From Eledone cirrhosa (Eukaryota), in the NCBI GenBank assembly GCA_964016885.1, contig OZ024740.1, forward strand, positions 55,862,001 to 55,926,000: a stretch of 64,000 nt of DNA, written 5' to 3'. Positions 57,442 through 64,000 of the stretch are shown in pieces (the first letter of the stretch is position 1; every line of letters starts with the position of its first letter). Both the position numbers and the translations under genes were made by a program. Under the pieces are notes generated by a model. That model made no database searches and was not told the origin of the DNA. It worked only from the letters and a program-made list of their open reading frames with translations.

Positions 57442-57737
57442 AAATAATCACAAGTGTTCCTTATATAGTTCGGAAAGAGTTTTGGGGGTTAAATCTACAT
57501 CAAGATTCATTGTTCGCAAAAATATCTTGTTTTGATTTTGCAGCAGGTCAAGGGAGGTAACTCTGGCCGGTGTTAGGGCAGTCTTACCTGGATAATTTTT
57601 TTTTTTTTTTTTTTTTTGGCCTTATCCGTTTGTCTGAGGCCGGGTCTGGTATGCAAGGATTGTTTTCTGGGTGCTATTTTGCTGCGCCTGCCCGCCGGGG
57701 TGTTAAGACTTGTTGCAGGGAGATCCAGTGTACTATT

Positions 57738-60358
57738 TCACTCTTCATTCTTAACCCATCTAAAGAAGGATATTTTTAAGCGATGTGTACAACTTATCGC
57801 TGTTTCAGCTCTGCTGTTGATGAGCTCGTGGGGTGCAGTTATGATGTGGTAGAGCTCCATGAGGCAAAGATCGCATTTCCTCTTGAAGTTGTACGGTGCA
57901 GCCCTGCCGACAATCTCCCAGTGCGTGGAGAAGCTGATGTTTAAGTCCTTTAGTGATGTGATGTAGTCCGCGAGCGAAGTGGAGTGCCTTAGTTTTCTAT
58001 TTGTGAAAGAGTGGAGATGTGTTCGAAACCTAATTTTGAACGGGCCGGAGGTGGCCCCTATATAATGTTTAACGCTATTGTGGCTAGTAATAGTGCATCT
58101 ATATATAACCCTATCAGTCAAGCAGTATCCTCTAAGGGGGCAGCGTCCTCTGTCGCGGCAGTTGCAATTTCTGTCGCGGTTCCGTCTATTTCCCACGGTA
58201 AGGCTATCATTATTGCTGCCTACGTTGTTACCTACGCTACCGCAGCTGTCGTTAGCACAATTACAACCCACAGCACGCGGGATGGTGCGATTGTTATTCC
58301 GCACGTCATGTTCTGCATGTTCCCCAGTCACTTCGCGGTCATTCTGGTTGCGTCTGCGGATGCCGCTGCCAACACTATTGGATGCTGTCAGGGAGTTGTT
58401 AAGGCCGATATAGTTATTGTCAGGTGTAGGTGCGTCTGTGTCGAGGTGCTGTGTCTTGGTGATCTTACTGTGGTTCGTTGTTCCTATGATGTCTGCTAGG
58501 TTAGGAGTAGTAGAGAAGGATATTTTTATATTGTTCCTATTAAGAATTTTTCTATACCTATGGTTGGGTGGGAAGTTCTTCTCTAAGGCTTCGAAGAATA
58601 TCCGGGGTATGTTGGAGGCCACACTTCGAGAGTAGGGGGGGGGGGAACCATAGGACGTTACGGTGGCGATTACGTGTCCTTGTACTTTTGCTACGGGTGG
58701 TTCCATCTAAGTGATCGCTCTTATGTGTGTTAATGCGCTGTCGCCCGTTCGGTGCCCCTTTCACTTTATGCTCGGGTGCACTCCTTCTACCTCTTCCATG
58801 TTTATGTACACGAAGATGTTGGTTGGAAGGCGTTGGTAGTAGGCCGACGCCTTTGTTGGTTTTGTAATAGGGGAATAGTTTGAGTAATCTACAGTATTCA
58901 CCGTCGCCGGGGACGTGATCTTTGGTGCGGTTATCTATTCTATTATATCCGACTTTAACGAGGTCGCCGCGTGATCGGTTATAGGTATGGCTTACTATAA
59001 CGTTAGTTTTATGAGGGGGTGGTTTCTAGAGCTAGCGTTAGGGATGTAGGAAATTCCTCGGTTAAAGCCGGCGCTTAACAGGGCCCTATTGTAGTAATCA
59101 ACCGCTTGGTTGAAGATATCCTCATTGGCGGATAGCCTCGAGATTCTATGTGAGATACTATAGACTATGGAGTTGAGAGTCTGCTTAGGGTGGTTGGAGG
59201 CATAATTAATATAAGAGAGGCACTCTCCAGGCTTATGGTATGGCTTGTATAAGCCTGTACTCAACTCCAGGGTCACGTCCAAGAAGTTGACAACCCTGTG
59301 GTTGAGGTCCATAGTTACGGATAGGCCGTATGACTTAAAGAACCTGTGTATATGTTTGTTAAGGTTCTCTATCCTACGGGGGCTATGGTTCCTAACGGTA
59401 AACAGGGCGTCGTCCCTATATACAGCTCCTTGTAGGGCCGATATTTCTTCCCTAAGCTTATGTAGGAGGTATATCCCAACCAGGTCAGTTGCTTGCGCTG
59501 AGTCGCTGGACCCCATCGTGACATCGAAGTTATCAGGACGGTTGGTTCTGGTCCAGTGGGAGCCTTCGAACTGGATAATGGTTCTACGTGCCGCTAGAAT
59601 TATGTCTATTTCTTTTTTGGTGAGGCTAGTGTTAGATCTAGCTAAGATAAGTGCCTTATTTAAGAGTATGGGGGAGATAGAGGCGTAGTAGCTATCTATA
59701 TCAAACTGGATGAATTTCAGGGTGGCTTTATCCGGCAACTCGGTGAACCAATTTATGACCTGGTTGGTGTTGCCCCAGAGGCAGACCTTAGCCTTTCTAT
59801 TAAGCTCGAGTAGTACTCTGTCGAGGATCACTTTACTAATCTTACCTATATCTGATGTAGAGGGGCATATTAGTCTAATAGAGGGGCTTTCATTAAAGTC
59901 ATATTTGTGATCCTTAAGAGAGAATTTAGGCGTCAGAGGGACGTACGGGTTAGTGTACTTTTCTATTTCTAAGCTGGTGACTATATCCTTCCCTACTCTA
60001 TTTATGTCATTTAGGGTACTAGAGGGTGTCTTTTTGTAGTCTTTGTGTAGTTCCTTATAGATGAATTTGTTATACTCACTCGCGTCCATCTTGTACAGCT
60101 TTTTGGTTTTGTCGGAGGTGACGAAGAGGTGCGGGTCATTCTTGATCTTAGTTATTAGTGTATCAAGGGACGTTAAGAATGGATTGCTGCATTGGTGTTT
60201 CTTTCTGAGCTTAACGTTTTTGATCATTTTCAGCAGGTCCTCTTCAAATAAGTCCAGTAAGGTGTTGTGCGGTGGGTTTCGGTATGTTTTGAAACCATAC
60301 TTCTCTTTGGGTTCAGGAAGGTTACGGGTGTTCTTATCCAGGTGGTATGCCTTCCATC
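57738..60358 (-). CDS. PLE polyprotein (RT plus GIY-YIG), interrupted by about 3 frameshifts
   Basis: RWKAY..KYGFKT; SDKTKKLY; LKDHKYDF..IRLICPSTSDIGKISK; QFDIDSYY; VTMGS; YRDD; RNVLWFPPPYS; CNCRDRGRCPLRGYCL; VIYRC..YIGAT..FKIRF..H; CDLCLME; LINSRAE. Confidence 0.9.
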
Positions 60359-60366
60359 TCTCTCTC

Positions 60367-60423
<57 letters not shown>

Positions 60424-60428
<5 letters not shown>

Positions 60429-60737
60429 TCTACCAATATATACGGTAGTGTCTAATCCGTATGAAGAACGCAATGTAATCCAAATATCATGAAAAGAGAA
60501 GATGCATTGAAAGATTTTCGATGAAAATCATAGGAAAACAGTCAAGATAAATTAATAAAAACAATGAAATAGAAACAAAGAACAAGTTCCTTATATTAAA
60601 AAATTCATCATTTTACGATCGTTTCTAGGATGTATATGTGTGTTGGTATGTATATCATATAGATCTATGTAAAAATATTACAAATTATGAGAGGAAATAT
60701 ACATACCTTCACATATACATGCTGTCTTCAGAAATGA
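60424..60737. repeat. ~310 bp repeat; direct copy at 61980-62286 followed by an inverted partial copy at 62287-62380
   Basis: aaatctaccaa.atatacggtagtgtc.aatccgtatgaagaac... is shared. Confidence 0.88.
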
Positions 60738-61382
60738 TGAGATTTTTTTATTGAAAAAAAAACCAACAAAGATTTAATATAAAAAGTCTGTTTGGGAACA
60801 GGTTTTGAATTGACCAATAGAAATGTAGTTAGAAGTCAAGTTGATAGAATAGTGGTAGTAGAAATTTAATTTAGGGTAGAGGAGTGCAGACTTATGTTTT
60901 AAATGAAAAGAATACTTTGAATAAAAAGAATTCTTTGGGGATGAAAAGAGGTCAAGCCAGTGAAGGGTACATGAAAATGTGATGTTATTAAAGAATAATG
61001 TTAAAAACGAAGGAAAATAAAATTTTGGGGTAAGGGTATTAGTGAGAAATACCAATCTTATTTAAACCAAGAGGAATCTAGATCTATAACAAGAAATTAA
61101 ATTAATTGATAGGTATACTTATAGGGATAAATTTATATTAATGTATATGAATGTGATAAATAAGAATCTTATATAAATTACAAGGAATCTAGATTCATGA
61201 CAGGAAATTAAATTAATTTATAGGTATACATTTAGGTATTAATTTTAGGAAAATATTCAATCACCCAATTCGAGCTAGATACAGTAATGCTGTATTCGAT
61301 TCTTTGAAGTCACCTGTTATAATTTCATTCAACAACACTACCAGCACTCTCACCCGCTCTTCCATTTTCCCACTTTCTCACC

Positions 61383-61534
<152 letters not shown>

Positions 61535-61906
61535 CATATATATATATATATATTGTTATACTTTGGGAGGGTCATGTTGCCAATAAGAAACACAAGCACC
61601 AGTTACTTTCACTCCAGTTTATTAAAAAAATTAAAAGATTCTTCAAAAAAATAAAAAATTTTTAATATTTTTTTTTTAATTTATAAATTTCCAGCTGGTT
61701 GGTTGGTTCCACAATAGCAACATCACAACTTACTATTAAGGACAAAATGAAAACACACACACATAGAACAAACAACCAACCAGTAACATGTAAATAAACA
61801 AATAAAAATGCATACGTTTTCAGATAAAGTATCTTGCTAAACAAATTCAGAAACGAAATATATATATATTAATAACTATAGTAATACACTTTTATATATA
61901 TATATT

Positions 61907-61984
<78 letters not shown>

Positions 61985-62392
61985 AATCTACCAAAATATA
62001 CGGTAGTGTCCAATCCGTATGAAGAACTCAATGTAATCCAAATATGATAAGAGAAGATGCATTCAAAAATGTTCGAAAAAAATCATAGGAAAACAGAGTC
62101 AAGATAAATTAATAAAAACAATGAAATAAAAACAAAGTACAAGTTCTTTATATTAAAAAATTCATCATTTTGCGATCGTTTCTAGGATGTATATGTGTGT
62201 TGTCATATAGATCTATGTAAAAATATTACAAATTATGAGAGGAAATATACATATCTTCACATATATATGCTGTCTTCAGAAATGATATCTATACATCCTA
62301 GAAACGATCGTAAAATGATGAATTTTTTAATATAAAGAACTTGTTCTTTGTTTTTATTTCATTGTTTTTATTAATTTATATATATCTATATC

Positions 62393-62424
<32 letters not shown>

Positions 62425-62487
62425 AGTGTATTACTATAGTTATTAATAATATATACATTGACACACATACACGCACATATACATACA

Positions 62488-62563
<76 letters not shown>

Positions 62564-62686
62564 AAAATTAAGATAAATCAAATGAATTTAATCTAAATCA
62601 AAATTATGGGTGTCATGCCAGAAAGACATGCGCCATATCACCCGCAAAATAAGCTCTAAGATTCTAACGAGTAGGTCCGAGCATTT

Positions 62687-62979
62687 TATAACAACTAGAA
62701 ATTGATTAACATATAAATAAACATGAATAATCACTGAGATAATTTTTACAAGTGTGTAACCACACATAGCTAGGTAGGTAACTAAATAAAGTTGACCAGA
62801 ACTTCAAAAATAGATACCTTATAATATGATTAATCTGATTAATCATATTATAAGTTATCTATTTTTGAAGTTCTGGTCAACTTTATTTAGTTACCTACCT
62901 AGCTATGTGTGGTTACACACTTGTAAAAATTATCTCCTGTGATTATTCATGTTTATTTATATGTTAAGCAATTTCTAGT

Positions 62980-62986
<7 letters not shown>
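62687..62986. repeat. ~150 bp-arm near-perfect palindrome within a (TA)n-flanked element (62561-62986)
   Basis: Centre gattaatc-t-gattaatc at ~62836; few arm mismatches. Confidence 0.92.
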
Positions 62987-63028
<42 letters not shown>

Positions 63029-64000
63029 TATGATTTATTATTTCAAAAAATTTATGCGAAATTTTATGATAGCATCTTTAACATATGAATTATTAGCAAT
63101 AGCTTTCATACTTACCTCAGAACGTAATATGTAGAGTTTGTTTCTCCTAACTAAAAACTATTTATGATTAACCCTTTAATAGTTCTTTCCTGTTTAAAGC
63201 ACTTTAAGTCTCGACACATTGTTTCTGTGTCCAATTTTACTGTTATAGGCGTAAACCATCGAAATAGCAATGAATTAGTATAGTGGGAGAATGTAATCTT
63301 TTCTTGCTCTGGGCAATTTCGCCAAAGTGAAATTCATTGCTCTCTCACTATGCAAACCTTTCATCATTTATTAGATGTTCCATACAGATACGCATGATCA
63401 AACATGCCTTTGTTGCTGTTATTACAGTGTTATTTTTTTTTTATAATTAATTTTGTGGATGTATTCAATCAAGCTAAGGGCGAAAATATTTAGTTTAAAA
63501 AAATATATTTATCGATTTAAGTGCTTTGTTGCATGTGTTTGTTGAAATGTTTTGTTGCATGGTTTTAATTTCCAGAAAAGAGCAACGTTATCGTAAAAAC
63601 AACATAAGGGAGATGAGAATGTTGGTAAACTGAATTTATCCAGATTGCCATGCCCTGTCCCTTAAGGCAATTAACCGATCTATTTCTAGCCCATATCAAA
63701 TATAAGTAAAATGTTATGTCGTTTAAAATATTTTGAAGAACGTTGTTTTTTCTAAAATTATATAAAAGTTTCTTTTTTCATTGCAGCTATTTCTATCCTA
63801 AAATTTTCTGTTCGTCTTTATTGTTCATTGGTAATTTCTTTTTCGGGTTTTTATTACTTTACTGCATCAACCTCTTTACGAAAATAAGGTATTGTTGATA
63901 CTATATCACCCTATATATATATCGTATATAAGTTCGTCACTTTGGTTATATTTCAATAATATAGCAAGCTGCCAGGAAACACTGACAGCCAGCATAAAAA

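Larger units (their letters stand above)
57345..60358 (-). mobile_element. Nearly complete Naiad-type Penelope-like element between (TA)n tracts
   Basis: RT-thumb-linker-GIY-YIG order, 3' region with hammerhead motif; extreme 5' end missing. Confidence 0.95.

Noticed and set aside
57738-60358. Selenocysteine recoding as reported for some Naiad PLEs
   Set aside because: The zinc-motif cysteines here and at 1246-1974 translate as Cys; the breaks are frameshifts rather than in-frame UGA; no SECIS was recognised.

Overview
AT-rich, microsatellite-saturated eukaryotic non-coding DNA (intergenic or intronic). A cephalopod such as Octopus is likely, inferred from the (TA)n/(CA)n density and SINE types. 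No host exon can be supported, and most ORFs in the track are microsatellite artefacts. Recognisable content: four Naiad-type Penelope-like elements (PLEs; one nearly intact at 57.3-60.4 kb), a nested remnant of another PLE type, three L1/Tx1-type LINE copies (two with the RT core deleted), a Dong/R4-type LINE in (TAA)/(GAA) repeats, RTE fragments, two SINE families and a small MITE. The main unexplained structure is a dense set of short (0.1-1.2 kb) non-coding elements sitting in (TA)n tracts. About ten unrelated sequence families carry minimal type-I hammerhead ribozyme motifs, arranged as tandem oligomers, terminally redundant monomers or fold-backs. This suggests a retrozyme / pLTR-only population parasitising the PLE machinery. 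All folds were read by eye; none was computed or tested.
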